A DNA stretch of 63,404 bases, filler included, from Folioceros fuciformis (taxonomy: Eukaryota): NCBI GenBank assembly GCA_049999805.1. It is 41 parts of 41 records of this genome, joined end to end, with 100 filler letters (N's around TTAATTAATTAA, not from the genome) between each part and the next. Parts side by side here need not be neighbours in the genome. Positions count along the whole stretch, not along the records: positions 22,664 to 24,189 come from JBNGIO010002510.1; positions 24,290 to 25,742 come from JBNGIO010002511.1; positions 25,843 to 27,265 come from JBNGIO010002512.1; positions 27,366 to 28,867 come from JBNGIO010002513.1; positions 28,968 to 30,510 come from JBNGIO010002514.1; positions 30,611 to 32,240 come from JBNGIO010002515.1; positions 32,341 to 33,404 come from JBNGIO010002516.1; positions 33,505 to 34,506 come from JBNGIO010002517.1; 33 more parts are not named here. The stretch is one strand, 5' to 3'. Below, piece by piece: positions 23,107 through 36,089 of the stretch; position 1 is the stretch's first letter, and every line of letters starts with the position of its first letter. The translations under genes and the position numbers were made by a program. The notes under the pieces are model-generated. The model was not told where the DNA came from. It made no database searches and saw nothing but the letters and a program-made list of their open reading frames with translations.

Positions 23107-26100
23107 GCGTTTGTGACCACCACCACCTTTGATCACTTTATGAAGAACCTGATGAAGGAAATGAGGAGATGAGGTGCGGAACGTCTTTTCTTACCATGAG
23201 CACATTTATGGAAACGGCCGAAGATAGATTGATGGGTTTTGTATGAAATTACGAATATTTCTTTTTTGCCATTCTTTTTTTTTTGGGCTTTTGCTTTTGG
23301 GACATGTGATTTGGTTTCTATTTAATATATATCTATTTCCGCGCACTCACTTTGTCTTAGTCCCTTTTTTCTAGTACAGATGCGGTCATTCTTTATATAT
23401 TTTTTGGAAGCGTTAGAGAAGGGGACGACTAATAATGAAGTTACACGTATACTTCCTAACGAAGTCTCACGATATATACGGCTTATTTTTCTCCTTCTCC
23501 AGTTTAGATCATCGATAATGAATTCGCGTTACATGAAGAAGAAACCGCTTTTCCAACTAAGTCGTTCGCAGGGGAGGATCAATGAATCCAAAAAAACCTT
23601 ATCTCCATATAGCCAAAGAAAAACCATTTTTCGTAACGTTTGGCACTCTCCTTCTTCTCCCCCTATTGTCAATCTTAAGCTCCTTGTATTACCCACTATT
23701 ACTAGCTTATGACAAAGAGGAATATCGCTGGGGGCAGTACGTATAACACGTGTATAGTTCTACTTGGGAGTACTACGCTACACTACTCTACTCCACCCTA
23801 CTTTTCACCCCCTTCATCATGAAATTCATACCTCTCCTCTCTAACGCGATGATATACCTCACTGCCTATCATTTACCCATATTTTCGTAAGGAGAGTGAT
23901 TGATGTGATTCGACAGATTTTCCATTGCACAAAAGATGGTTTTTGGAAACGGGTCGGTGATGGATATATTTTGATGGGGAGAGCAAAGTTGTGATTCAAG
24001 GCTAGTGTGCTATTTTATGAATTTGTGCTGGAGTTTCTGGAACGTTTGGAGTTGATTGCGTATCTTTTGTGTGAGGGGGAGAGATGGGAGGCTGGTATTT
24101 TGTGGGATAGGATTTTGGGGGATATTTCATGATGAGTTGAGTTTCGAAGTGAATGGTGGGTTTGTTTGTGAGGTGTGAGGGTTGGGTACNNNNNNNNNNN
24201 NNNNNNNNNNNNNNNNNNNNNNNNNNNNNNNNNTTAATTAATTAANNNNNNNNNNNNNNNNNNNNNNNNNNNNNNNNNNNNNNNNNNNNCTTAAGGAGTC
24301 TGTATCTCATCCGGGGGAGGAGGGGGGGAAGGGTGAGGGGAGGGGAGGGTCGAGGATGAAGTGTCGAAGTCAAATGGCTAATGTTGACAGCGTGGTGTCA
24401 GTGTTCTGTCTTTGGACTTACAGCAGCTGAGGCCGTTTTAATCGTCGAAACCATGCTCTGTTGCTAGAAGGCGAGGGGAAACTGTGAGGATGGTATTATT
24501 TTCTCTGGCTCTGTGGGACTGAGGAGGATCTTAATCATGTAGCACTAGAAGAACTTAAATTTTGGTTGCCAGTAGTGTTTAGGATGGTTACGAGCAGGAA
24601 GTTTGTATATGTTGCAAGGCTAGCATCTGCTGTTGTGAGTCCGCACTGAGGACTTGGTATTCTAGGTGCAGCAGCGTAGCGCCTGCCTAGAACTACATGC
24701 TGGTGGGTAGGAACCATGTCATTCCTAGATAAGTAGGAGAGCCGCTATTCTACAAAGCTTCTGGGAAGAGCGTGTGAAGAGCGCAAGTTACTAGGCTCAA
24801 GTCTGTTTTAGCATTGTCTGGAGTAATGCTGCCATCGCACTGACCCTTCATTTGTATGATTCATATGAAGAAGTAGAGAAACTCTTTCCGCTCCAGTGAT
24901 TGTTGTGTGCAAATTGTGTATGTGTCGTGCGTGCCAGGTTTTGTTCCGTTCCATCTCCTCAGTCATGTGGTTTTTTTTGCTAAACTGAGCTCTGCTAGTA
25001 AGTGACGAACAGCACACACGTCGTGTGTAATGGCGATGTTGCAGTGGGGGCTTGAGTGCGTGCTGCTGCTGTACACTGTGGAAGTTTCACATGCCGCGAA
25101 CCCATGACAGAGGTGCAGTAGCAGGTCAGAGCAGGGCGGGCTCCAGTCTGGCGGATCTCCGAGCTGTAGTCTTGGCTTGGGCTTGTGGACATCCGGAGCA
25201 ACGATGGTACAGGCGTGGCAATAAAGTAGTCGCGCGGCTACAACTGTATGTCGACAGACAGTGTGAGCCACTCACTGCTTTCCCACACGCGGCTGCCTTC
25301 TTCCTTTGCTCGCAACATGCTTGTCAGCCTTGCAGGTAGACTGTATTGCGGAGTGAGTGGGGGAGGAATTCATGCCTCTTCAGATGGAATCACGTCATAA
25401 TATCTAACACCCAGTCGAAGGCTGTCCGGTCTTCCAGTGTCACCATTCGTCTAGTGCACCTGCTGACAGGCAGTAGAGCGTGCGATCCCCAATCTCCGAT
25501 CCCTCCCATCCCTGCTGGAGAGTGGAGGCCCCATCCCCTGGCCTGGGAACGATACGTCTCACACGGAAAAAGAGGTTTTAAGACGCCTGTTAACACGTGC
25601 ATATCCAACGTTTCTTTCTTGATTAGGTGGGCTAACTGATTTTCATTCTGACTAGGTCATTATTGTGCTTACGCACATTTACAATCACCCTAAGAACGAA
25701 TGTTATCTATTGAAGTTTTAATTTTTCATATGTACTATTTTANNNNNNNNNNNNNNNNNNNNNNNNNNNNNNNNNNNNNNNNNNNNTTAATTAATTAANN
25801 NNNNNNNNNNNNNNNNNNNNNNNNNNNNNNNNNNNNNNNNNNGCTTTTATGATCGAGTTGGAAACCCCCATCGACCGCGTATTGGCGCAGACGCCAACTT
25901 CGAGCGACAAGGTTGCAGAGCGAGCCGACGCACTGGCCAAAGGCGATTTTTATGACCCGGCAGATCTCGAACTGGATAGGGCCGCGGCTCGGCAGGCTAT
26001 GCATCGGAGACTGATTGGACGGGCGGGCTAGGGTTGACCGTCCGCACCGGAGCCTGCCGGAAATCGTCGGACGCGTGACCGCACGGGTTATCCAGCTTGC

Positions 26101-26565
26101 TGGCGTTGATACCTCCGTGGTCGATAGCAAGTTATCGCCACGCCATCTGCCGGAGATCTGGTTCGTCAGACCTTATTCACAGGGTCGGGCAAGCAATCTG
26201 GGGAATGCAGGGCCAGACCGCCGCCCCCGATTTTGCGTGCTCAGAGCAGCTCAGATCGACCGGCCTTCGTCGCCTGCTCGTCAGCCGCTCTCTTGGATGC
26301 ACCGTTGGTCTGATCAGCGAGGGCGATGGGAAGACGGGTATGGACGCCTGGAACGCCGTGCTGGACGTCGTGTCAGCCGATCATACCGATTTGACGCGGT
26401 CCACCACTGCTCTTGACGACGATCGGATCGAGGAAGATCGCGCGCCAGCCCGCCACGAACCAATTTGGTTATCTGTTTTGTGAGGCGACGACGAACCGGG
26501 CGATAATCAGTTGTTGCAGGCCGCGAACCGAAAAGAGCAGAAACTATCGATTATATCTAACGTTT

Positions 26566-26633
26566 ACCGACAGGAGCCGTCGTCCTTCGGTTCCCAGTAC
26601 GGACCCCGCCGTGAACTCCCGCGGCGGGGTTTT
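26566..26633 (+). ncRNA. Putative alphaproteobacterial small RNA (recalls BjrC1505-like sRNAs)
   Basis: TATATCT -10-like box at 26552-26558, then TCCTTCGGTTCCCAGTACG leading into a terminator hairpin. Family name is from memory only. Confidence 0.4.
26603..26633 (+). terminator. Intrinsic terminator hairpin
   Basis: ACCCCGCCG / CGGCGGGGT 9-bp stem followed by a T run. Confidence 0.7.
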
Positions 26634-26689
26634 CCATTCCGAATGGCCCAAATCGCTGCACGAGCGAGCAGACCGAAAACATGTCGGCA

Positions 26690-26938
26690 TCATGCTCGGC
26701 CTGGACCGGGCGCATCTGTCGCACACTTTGGCGTACTGACGCGCTTTTCCGCAGGCGGCCGCACCTCGTAAATCGACCGCAGTCGCCGCGAGAAGAGGAA
26801 AGCGACGGAGGCCCAGATGGAGGATTCTGGCTCCTTGAGGCTGGCGCCTGAATATTCCCAGCGGCACAGAGCCTCTTCTATGTCTAGACCATGCTCGTGC
26901 TCGATCTGGGCAGCGCTCTCGATGATCTGTGTTTTCAC
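26690..26938 (-). CDS. Small bacterial hypothetical protein
   Basis: GAGGA SD-like site upstream of GTG; the ORF converges on the terminator hairpin. Confidence 0.4.
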   Translation of the reverse strand: MKTQIIESAAQIEHEHGLDIEEALCRWEYSGASLKEPESSIWASVAFLFSRRLRSIYEVRPPAEKRVSTPKCATDAPGPGRA

Positions 26939-27820
26939 CGGCAATTCCTCGCGAGGCGGACCCTCGCCTCCAATGACTACTAAGCCAAAAATGGTTCACC
27001 AAACCTTTCAGTCGAATGGTGCACTGCACGACGGCATGGATCGGGGAAGTAGCGATCGTCTTCAATGTGGGATCAAAAGGCCCGAAACTTTGTTGTGCAC
27101 TGCGGAAGGCAACGCATCCTCTCCCGCCTTCCTACGGCAACTTGCCCCGCTGTCGAGATTCATCTCCGGCGGGGCACCTTTTCCTGGCCCGCCTTGCTTG
27201 TCCACGCTCGAGAACCGGTTGGGCGCCGAGCGGCATCGGTGCCTCGGATTGTCGCATAGCAGGCANNNNNNNNNNNNNNNNNNNNNNNNNNNNNNNNNNN
27301 NNNNNNNNNTTAATTAATTAANNNNNNNNNNNNNNNNNNNNNNNNNNNNNNNNNNNNNNNNNNNNACACAACTTCTTTTGAAAAAGGATCAATATTGCAA
27401 CCATTCAATCAACTAAAAGACAATAAAACATGTTCTTCTCAAAGAAATAAAGCTGCAATTTCTTCAAATTTATGATTTATCATCGATAGGTGTTCTATTT
27501 TCCAAAAATGTCACGGAAGAAGTAGTTCTTTTGTTCCTATAAACTTCCTCCGCAACATTCTTGAGAAATGGAACGCTTTCAGATAAAGTACATGAACAAA
27601 AAATAAAATTGAAATTGATTTAAACGATTATCAAGATATAATTTTGTTCATACTAATCAAATTCAAAGTATCACACATAAATGAATAGTCTAAAACAGAA
27701 GTCACATTATTAAGAATATGATTGTGTTCTTATTCAATTAGTTTGCAATGTTCAATGTGGCGGATTTTGACCAGTACTACGATTTCAATCTTGTTGTCGA
27801 AGAGAGAAAACGATGTTAAC

Positions 27821-28097
27821 CAAGGATCCTCAAGAGGTTAATACGCTACATCTGATCATCAGCAAGGAGATCTGTCAAGGTGGGGGATCACTCCATTCGG
27901 CATAGAAAAGTAGCAAGGATCCTCAAGAGGTTAATAAGCTACATTTGATCATCGGCAAGGAGATTCGTCATGGTGGGAGATCACTCCATTCGACATAGAA
28001 TAGTACCAAGGATCCTGAAGAGGTTAATACGCTACATCTGATCATCAGCAAGGAAATCTGTCAAGGTGGGAGATCACTCCATTCGGCATAGAAAAGT
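27821..28097. repeat. 93-bp tandem repeat, 3 copies
   Basis: CAAGGATCCT(C/G)AAGAGGTTAATA recurs at 27821, 27914 and 28007. The first unit has stops in all six frames. Confidence 0.95.
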
Positions 28098-29959
28098 TTC
28101 CTCCCACATTGACAGGTTTCCTGGCTGAAAGCTCAGCAAAGTCTTTAATTTGAGTGGATTTTGAACAACGTGGGTGATTCAACCATAAGTTTATACTTGT
28201 TTGAATTTGTATAGTTATGTGATTCAATCTATAAAAGGATATCTCTAGTTTAGATATTAAGATACCACCATTGCAGCGTTGGATACCACTAAGAAATCTT
28301 GATTCCATTAAACTCTTTTCATGAAAAGTTTCTAAATATTCTAAAATAAAAATAAAAATGAAGACTTGGGATGAAGAAGAGATGCGAAGTCCCATGCATC
28401 CCACACTTGAGCTGAATAAACTCTCTAAACAACCAAGAGCCAAAATGTAAACAGACATTGCTATATGAAAGCGTTAATTGTCATGTAAACTAATCACTTT
28501 TGACGAATAGCATTGAAATTAGTTGTTGTTACACATGGAACGTACGCATCGATGTTAACTTTCGCTCTACATATGATTAATATAAATTTTTAATTTATTA
28601 GTCCAACCTAAGGATCTTAAGGCTAATTAGTAGTAGATATGTGTAATGCATAAATAAGTGTTTGTGTGCATGAGTCCATGGCTTTAAATGCACCAGTTAA
28701 TCTTCTCAAAGACGCAATATCATAAGGCCAACAACCTATGGCTCAACAAACATTCCTAGAATTAAGTGCTATATTCTTGAATTCTATATTCGAGCGTACT
28801 TAAACCGTTGCCATCATCTTATTCAAAAGTAATACTCATCTCTCATTCTGTAAGAGAGATGTTATAANNNNNNNNNNNNNNNNNNNNNNNNNNNNNNNNN
28901 NNNNNNNNNNNTTAATTAATTAANNNNNNNNNNNNNNNNNNNNNNNNNNNNNNNNNNNNNNNNNNNNGGGCCGCCAAGAGACCAGTAATTGAAGACGAAG
29001 TTGAGGCAGAAGAAGCAGATGGTGACGAGCGCAACCTTGCCGAACAGCAAGTCCAGCCTGCCTACTCTCCCCTTCTCGGGGGCCGCCATCGTCATCCTGG
29101 AATTGCACGTTTTCGATCAAGCCCGCGCCTGCTCCTCCGGCTGGAATCAAAGGCCAAGCGATTCAAGCACCATGCAGGCTGTGTGTTGCTGCTGAGCGAA
29201 GGATGTTCCCGCCAGCTGCAGGCTGCGCTGCGCCTTCATCCCATGTCCAACTGGAAGCTCCCGCGGCCGGCGTGCGGCCTCATCAGCCGGCGTGCTGTAT
29301 CGGCCCCGGGCAGACTAGTCTCACCGCGCATGGTGCATCAAACCATAAACTCCCTTGCACGCCTAGGCGCCAGCGGCAGCGTTCGTCACGAGCGCCAAGT
29401 GCAGGTGTGCATTGAAAACACAACTCATGCACCCTCCCTGCCTCCGCTGGTCCCTATCGTTCTCGAATCCTATGGTAGTGCTACCAATCGTGAAACTCTT
29501 CCACTGTAGGTGGAAATACTGTAATGTACATGCCTGCCAGGGCGATGCGCTGCAGAGCTCCTGCGCAGGGGCCTCAGGTTGTTGGTTGGTTACAACAGAC
29601 TCGCAAAAGGCTTGGCGATGACTACACGACTTCCGCCAAATGGAAAGCACGTTCGAAGGACGTGAAATGCTTTCGCTGTGCACCGGCTCACGTCATGCCA
29701 CTACTTATCACTCTAACTCACAGTTTTCGAACAATTACCAGTGTTGCTCTACCACAAGAGATTTTTTCTCAAATGGAAAATCCTATCTACTCCAGAGATT
29801 GGAGTAACAATCTATTAGGTTAAAGGTAAAAAGAGGTATTCTTTCCTATGAATATTATTTTCAAAAACTATTTATTATTTTCAAAATGTCATGATGTGGA
29901 ATAACAAAAGGCTTACCTACCAGTGCCGAAGAAGTCGCTTGACTTGCGCTTGTTGCTGT

Positions 29960-30510
29960 TCTAAAAGTTGCAATGGACAATGCTCGTTGTGAAGGAATGG
30001 ATACACGTTGTCGGAAAGAAGGCCACCACATAGGAAAGAGGGAGAACACCATTCCTATTGCTCTGATAAACCTTGGCGCACTCCTTGATAAACCTTGAAA
30101 AATCCTTGCCCATAGCTCCATGAGTCTCAAGAGCAAGGGGATGAAAGTCTGCCGTCTTGCAAGAGAGAATACTTATGGACTTTGGCACTTGCACAACCCT
30201 CTATCGCTCAACCAAGGAGGTTGATGATAACGTGCTCACAAATCAAATGCCTAGTGGGATCCGTAACAACCACATGAGCAACACAAACCTGTTCTCCCCT
30301 AATGAAGAAAATGGCGGCTCAAAATGAAACCCCATTGTGCAAAGTATATGGACGCTCCCTATGGAAGAAACCTACACTCCCTAGCCATTGAGAGCATGAC
30401 ATCCCGAGCTGCATCATGAGTGGCAATGCGGTGCCCCAACGGGACAATGTGCCAAATAGGACCCTGTATCGACAATGGCAACCCCACAACTGCATGTAGA
30501 GAGAGAAAAA
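29960..30510 (-). mobile_element. Decayed CRE-like (RLE-type) non-LTR retrotransposon, C-terminal zinc knuckle/endonuclease region
   Basis: Frameshifted motifs in the expected order: CSCG..VDTGSYLAHCPVG, RIATHDAARDVM, VAHVVVTDPT, FHPLALETHGAMG, FRQRVSI..QRA. Confidence 0.75.
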
Positions 30511-31663
30511 NNNNNNNNNNNNNNNNNNNNNNNNNNNNNNNNNNNNNNNNNNNNTTAATTAATTAANNNNNNNNNNNNNNNNNNNNNNNNNNNNNNNNNN
30601 NNNNNNNNNNGTCCAGCAGCAGCAGCAGCGAGGTGGAGATTCTCTGGGAGGATTTGTCCGACCAACGGTGGGGTAGGAGGGCCAGAGGCGTGACAGTGAG
30701 GGGAGGAGTGCGACGGGCAGGAGGAAGGCGAACGCTCGCCCGAGGAGAGAGGCAATAGTAAATGCATCCTAGGATAGTTTTTTTTTAGGTTGCTTCACTT
30801 GGACCTAAGCCGCTCACAATTAAAGAGCACCAACTGACCACCCTGACCCACCATTAGCGTGTACAAGAGGCCGGTTTGGTGCCTCAGGAAATCAGCAAAA
30901 ATAAGCGCGACATTCCGACCTTGCGGAAGCCTAGCGATGGCCGCTGCTGGATAGGGAGATCCAGGCATGCGAGCGCACGTAGTGTTCTGAGGGGTGCGGT
31001 GTGCTGGTTGTAGCTACTCCGCGACTAAGGTTCCAGGAACGAATCGGGAGGAGGAGCCTTGCCGAGTGGAAGCTGTGCTTCCCAGTTATCCCTATTACTG
31101 TTATCCGTGTAGGGTGGAGGAAGCAAAAGGGGCCAAATCCGCCAGCGCGGAGTGGAAGCAACAACCCCTTCCCTTAGTCCCTAGTGTTCCTACCATCCCC
31201 TTAAATACCAAGGAGGAGGAGAAGGCCCGGGGGTGGGCGAGTTGGAGAAAGAAAAGCTGAGAGGAGCGAATCGACCGAGGGCCGAGTGTGGGAGGAGAAA
31301 TTGAGAGGAGAACGTGAGTCAAAGAGGAGGAAAGTTGGAGAACAGGTTGAGAGGTGAAGTCGCGGACGTAGGCGATGGGAAGGAGTCTAGAGGGCTGGAG
31401 AACCTGAGTGACTGAGCAGCCGCCGCGGCTGCGTGCTGTGGGGGTGCGTCTGAGAGTTGAGGGCGCGACTGGTGTGTGTGTGGTGAGAGTTTGAGGAAGC
31501 GTCCTGGCCTAAGCTGTTCCTAAGTTGGACGCGTGGTTGTGTGTGTGTGGGAGCCGTGGTAACTTGGCAGAGGCGCTGCGTGGGGGAGTTGTGATACCGC
31601 TGTGATTGGAACCGCTGTGTGCGATTGGAAGTGAGTGAGTTGCGAATGGTGAGTGGCCGAGAA

Positions 31664-31709
31664 ACCTCTTAGTCAAACACTCACCTTGGTGAGTGTTTGA
31701 CTAAGAGGT
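31664..31709. repeat. Perfect palindrome, 22-bp arms, 2-nt spacer
   Basis: ACCTCTTAGTCAAACACTCACC-TT-GGTGAGTGTTTGACTAAGAGGT. Confidence 0.97.
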
Positions 31710-34700
31710 CGTGGTGTGCGCTGAGTGTGGGCTGTTTGAGATAAGAGCGGAAACAAGTGCGAGGTTAGTCGGGCCAGATCGTGGCCGTGGTAGTGTGAGA
31801 CTGGAGGAATAGTTCCTAAGTGTAGTGAGACGCGGGTTGGGAATGACAAGTGGTGATCAAAGTGTGAGGCTAAATGACTGCAATTGCCTGGGGTAGAGTG
31901 AGAACCTGAAACTCTGATTAGGCTCTGAGTGAGGCCAGCGGGGGTAAGTTGGTCTCGGAGATAGAGAGAGACTAAGAGTGGGACCTGTTAAGCATGATTA
32001 ATGTTGAGATTAATTAGAGCTAATCCAGCTCATTGAGTTTGTACTAATTAGTGGTAAGAGTGATTAAGTTTATGATTAATATATATATAGCTTATTAGAG
32101 TTTGTTATGTTAGGCAAAAAGGTATTGTAGGGTTTGGGGTCATTTATCCCATATTGGGCACGAAATGAGAGTGCCACCCATAGGTCCATAAAAGAAGGGA
32201 TGAACCCACCTAGTATTTGTAGTCTAACTCCCTCTTCACTNNNNNNNNNNNNNNNNNNNNNNNNNNNNNNNNNNNNNNNNNNNNTTAATTAATTAANNNN
32301 NNNNNNNNNNNNNNNNNNNNNNNNNNNNNNNNNNNNNNNNCTGTATGTGTGCCAAAAAACACGCAGTTAAGGCAACCTCGACGATGCGATTCGCGGTGCA
32401 CGCCGAGCCTCTTTGTGAAGTGTGCCCCAAAAATCCAAAAACGCAACGGCCTCGGCCCCGGTGTGACATGAAATCTCATAAGTGTGTACCATATGTTTCT
32501 GGTTAAGTCGGTTAAGTGTGGGAACTTGAATCGAGCACTCGCTCGATTTCACGACATGTGGGGGGAGGCGGGCAACCGTTGGCACGGAGGCTGGAGGAAT
32601 GCGTCGGGCCCCGTCGTTTCCTCCCTCTCTCTTCTCCGTGTGATGAAGCATGGATGGATGGCGGTGTGATCCCATCATCCCCGTCTCGTCTGGCGCTGCA
32701 GGAGGTTGCAGGGGGGGCAGGTCAGGCTTCGTCGTGCGCGCCTTCCCGTTGGTCCGTTTGAACTTTGCGGGAGTAGGAGCAACGTTCTGCTTTCACAAGT
32801 GGCAACTGTCAGTCCCCGTGGTCGTGCAGCGGCAGGCAGGGCCGATGTCCAGGCTCCGGCCCCTGCCCCGGCCCTGGCCCTGGTCCTGCCCCAGCCATGG
32901 TTGCTTCGTCTCCCTCTCCTTCCTTCCCCTTACTACTGTATGTATTTTTCTTCGCTCTCACTCTTTCGATGCTGGGGCTGGGACAGTGGGAAGGTTCCGC
33001 TGCTTTCCGAATCCGCTGGCTCGGTGGCATCTCAGCAGCCAACTTGATGAGAAGCCTGGAGACTTGACCGGTCTCCTCTCCCACTGCTGCTACGGTGCAT
33101 GCGTCTGCCCATGCGCCGGAACCGGAGCCTGGGCCGGAGTCGGTGCCGGTGCCGGCCCAGCCCCGGCCCCAGAACCCGGGGATCCCGCTTTTCAGCCTAG
33201 GATTGTGGCTCTGCCACACCAGAGCAGCTGCAGCGGCAGCGGCTATCCTGCGCGTTGATATGTCGCCTGCAGCCGCGTCCCTCCCCTTCACAGTCACCTT
33301 CCGTTTCTTCTCCTTCTTCTTCTTCCCCGTCGCCTCCCTCTTTCCCTTCTTCCTCTTCCTCCGAGACCAGCCTAGGCTGCTGTGCCGGGCACCGGCCTCG
33401 GCAGNNNNNNNNNNNNNNNNNNNNNNNNNNNNNNNNNNNNNNNNNNNNTTAATTAATTAANNNNNNNNNNNNNNNNNNNNNNNNNNNNNNNNNNNNNNNN
33501 NNNNCTCGCACTCTCTGGCCTAAACTAGCTCCCAAAAATGCATTCCTCCGCCTTGCGCTCGCAACGCCTCCTTGGTCCGCGCCGCGCTTCTTTCCCGCGC
33601 ACTTGCTGCCGCCAGCGGAGGAAGGGAAGGTAAGGGAGAAAAGGAGGCTAACAACAGCAACATCCACGCGTCACGACTCCGACTGCGCATGATGCTGGCT
33701 GGCTGGCTGCACGTCTAGGGATCGGGACCGGGTGTCATTTTGTCCACCCCTGAACAGTACCGCACATCTTTCTCCCCCGTCACGTGTGCGGCCTAAACCC
33801 TACCACCTCTTGCAGCAACAGGAGCAGGAGCAGGAGCAGGAACAGGAACAGGAACAGGAACAGGGACGCGAGGGGTCCGGGATGGGACGGGAGCTACTGC
33901 GCTCTGTTGAGGTCGAGCAAGGGCGTGCAGATCACTGTACGCGACGGACAGCAGAGAGGAGCACAACACAGGTCCTGCTTCAAGCACGGGAACGCTGCTG
34001 CCGGAGGATCACTGCTTGGAGGCTGTGAGGGGAGTGCTGCGGCATCTCTCACGAGGACGAAGCTCAGCTCGGTTCATGCATGTGTTGGAGTGCGCAGGGA
34101 GCAGGGATGTCATGGGGCCCCGCCGTGGGGCTATCCGGCTGGGGCATGTCATGGACCTCTGCTGCTGGACATCAGGGTGGGGAACAACTTCGGTCACATT
34201 CATCAATGCCTCCAGGGCCTCATTCTTCGGTTTGGCACACCCTGTTGGGCTTGTCTGCAAGTGGGGGCGTCCTGTGGAGGTGGGGCTCCCTCCTGCGTGC
34301 TGGTGGCTTGTGTGGAGGTGGGGCTCCCTGCTGCGTGCTGGAGGCTCAAGCCAGGGACTTGAAGAGAAATGTTGGAGTACGAGATATGCAGCCGGCACAG
34401 AGCGGAAAGAGATCCGGGCGTTGAGTCATGCAGTGAAGGAGAAGGAGCCCGAGCTCCGCGAGGGACCCAGACCCTGTTGTTTGGGGAACGTAGCCTATCC
34501 CGACTCNNNNNNNNNNNNNNNNNNNNNNNNNNNNNNNNNNNNNNNNNNNNTTAATTAATTAANNNNNNNNNNNNNNNNNNNNNNNNNNNNNNNNNNNNNN
34601 NNNNNNAAATATATTATTTTTGATAAATAATTAAATTCTCTAATTGTTACACCTCCTTAAATATTACCCGATGCCCTACTCTCAATATGTAACATTTAGG

Positions 34701-34992
34701 GAGGGTGAATTATAGTATGCATGGGTTTAATAATTGTTGTACAAGTATAGAGCTATGGAGCACAACAATACAAGTAATTGTTCCATGGCTTTTCCATCTG
34801 AAGTGAATATAAATAATATCAATTGGTTGATTAATTACAATATAATGATTTGAGCCTAAGTTATCAAAAATTCATAAGTCTATATTACAATAATATTTGA
34901 ATAATATTTAATAGTTATTATATATAACAACAGAGAGTAGGAAAGCTAGGCTGTCCGAAGGATTGAAACAAAGCTCGGTTGAAATGACACCC

Positions 34993-35178
34993 TACATACA
35001 TACTATAAGGATTTCTTCCATCTAACCGTAAAACTCGGGTGGCCACCCCTAGGCCCCACCGATCTGCATATGTAATACATAATGCATGGCCGCGAGTGCA
35101 CGGATGGATCGGTGGGGCCCAGAGGTGGCCACTTTATTTTTACAGCTAGATGGAAGAAACCCTTATAGTATGTATGTA
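34993..35178. mobile_element. MITE-like element with about 70-bp imperfect inverted repeats
   Basis: TA-CTATAAGGATTTCTTCCATCTA...GGCCCCACCGATC pairs with GATCGGTGGGGCC...TAGATGGAAGAAACCCTTATAG-TA. TA flanks suggest the Tc1/mariner (Stowaway) type. Confidence 0.75.
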
Positions 35179-36089
35179 CGTATATATAGAGAGATTGCAA
35201 AATCCTAAAATAGGACGGATAAGTACCGGAGGCTATAAATAAATGCTGGCACAGCACATAAGCATGTAAGCAGTAATAATTTAAACTAGACATAATACAC
35301 ATCAATCTATTTGTCTCAAAAGAGTCAAATAGAGTAGTATATAACATAACACGATTAGTGAAGACTAGAGAACTAAGTAAACATCAAAAGCCAATATATG
35401 AAGAAACCCTTTTCTATCAGCAACTGGGTGAAATGTGTTCCAACCTACACATAACCATTTTACTTGGCTTGCTAAGATCAACAAATTGGTATGCAACAAT
35501 GAGTGAAGATTGGAAAAAGAAACGACCATTGAAAAACAATGTGAAGAATAGGGTTTAGCCATTTGAAGAATGCCATTTCTTACAGCCTCCTAATCAAATT
35601 TTCTCTGAATTGAGCACATTACATATGATTGGATTTATTTCAATGCGGCAAACAATTTGGTATATGATCTGACAAGAATATAATATAGTAAGCTCTACCA
35701 TTACGCAAAATGGTGGCATTACGTCATTACATTGAAAATGGACTGAGAGAAATAATTCTACAATCCAAAACCAATGTACTTAATTATAGGTGTACTTGAT
35801 AAGAGAGTCTACTTTGGACCGACTTGCTTATGATAATTGGCTTGGCCCCTTTGTTCATACGCGAGTAAAATTTGTGGGCGCTTCACTTTGGCTTTTCACT
35901 CCTACCAGAAAATCCTTCACTCTTTCTTGAAAAATATGGTCGATTCTAACTTCTATANNNNNNNNNNNNNNNNNNNNNNNNNNNNNNNNNNNNNNNNNNN
36001 NTTAATTAATTAANNNNNNNNNNNNNNNNNNNNNNNNNNNNNNNNNNNNNNNNNNNNAATCTGATTTGCCTCATACAAGTCCTTCAAAT

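Larger units (their letters stand above)
25843..27265. other. Bacterial (alphaproteobacterial-like) contig
   Basis: High GC, CpG- and GATC-rich, short intronless ORFs, intrinsic terminator, SD-like sites. Confidence 0.75.

Noticed and set aside
22701-23136. ORFs 22701..22898, 22708..23136 and 22847..23116
   Set aside because: Shadow frames of the RS/RD-rich exon at 22719-23106
25843-27265. Horizontal transfer of bacterial DNA into the plant genome (also 58778-59900)
   Set aside because: No junction with host DNA inside either contig; contamination is simpler
32341-34506. Many overlapping ORFs in GC-rich contigs (also 12199-13545, 24290-25742, 45093-45959, 56189-57492)
   Set aside because: High GC and microsatellites keep frames open by chance; no recognisable domains or consistent codon bias
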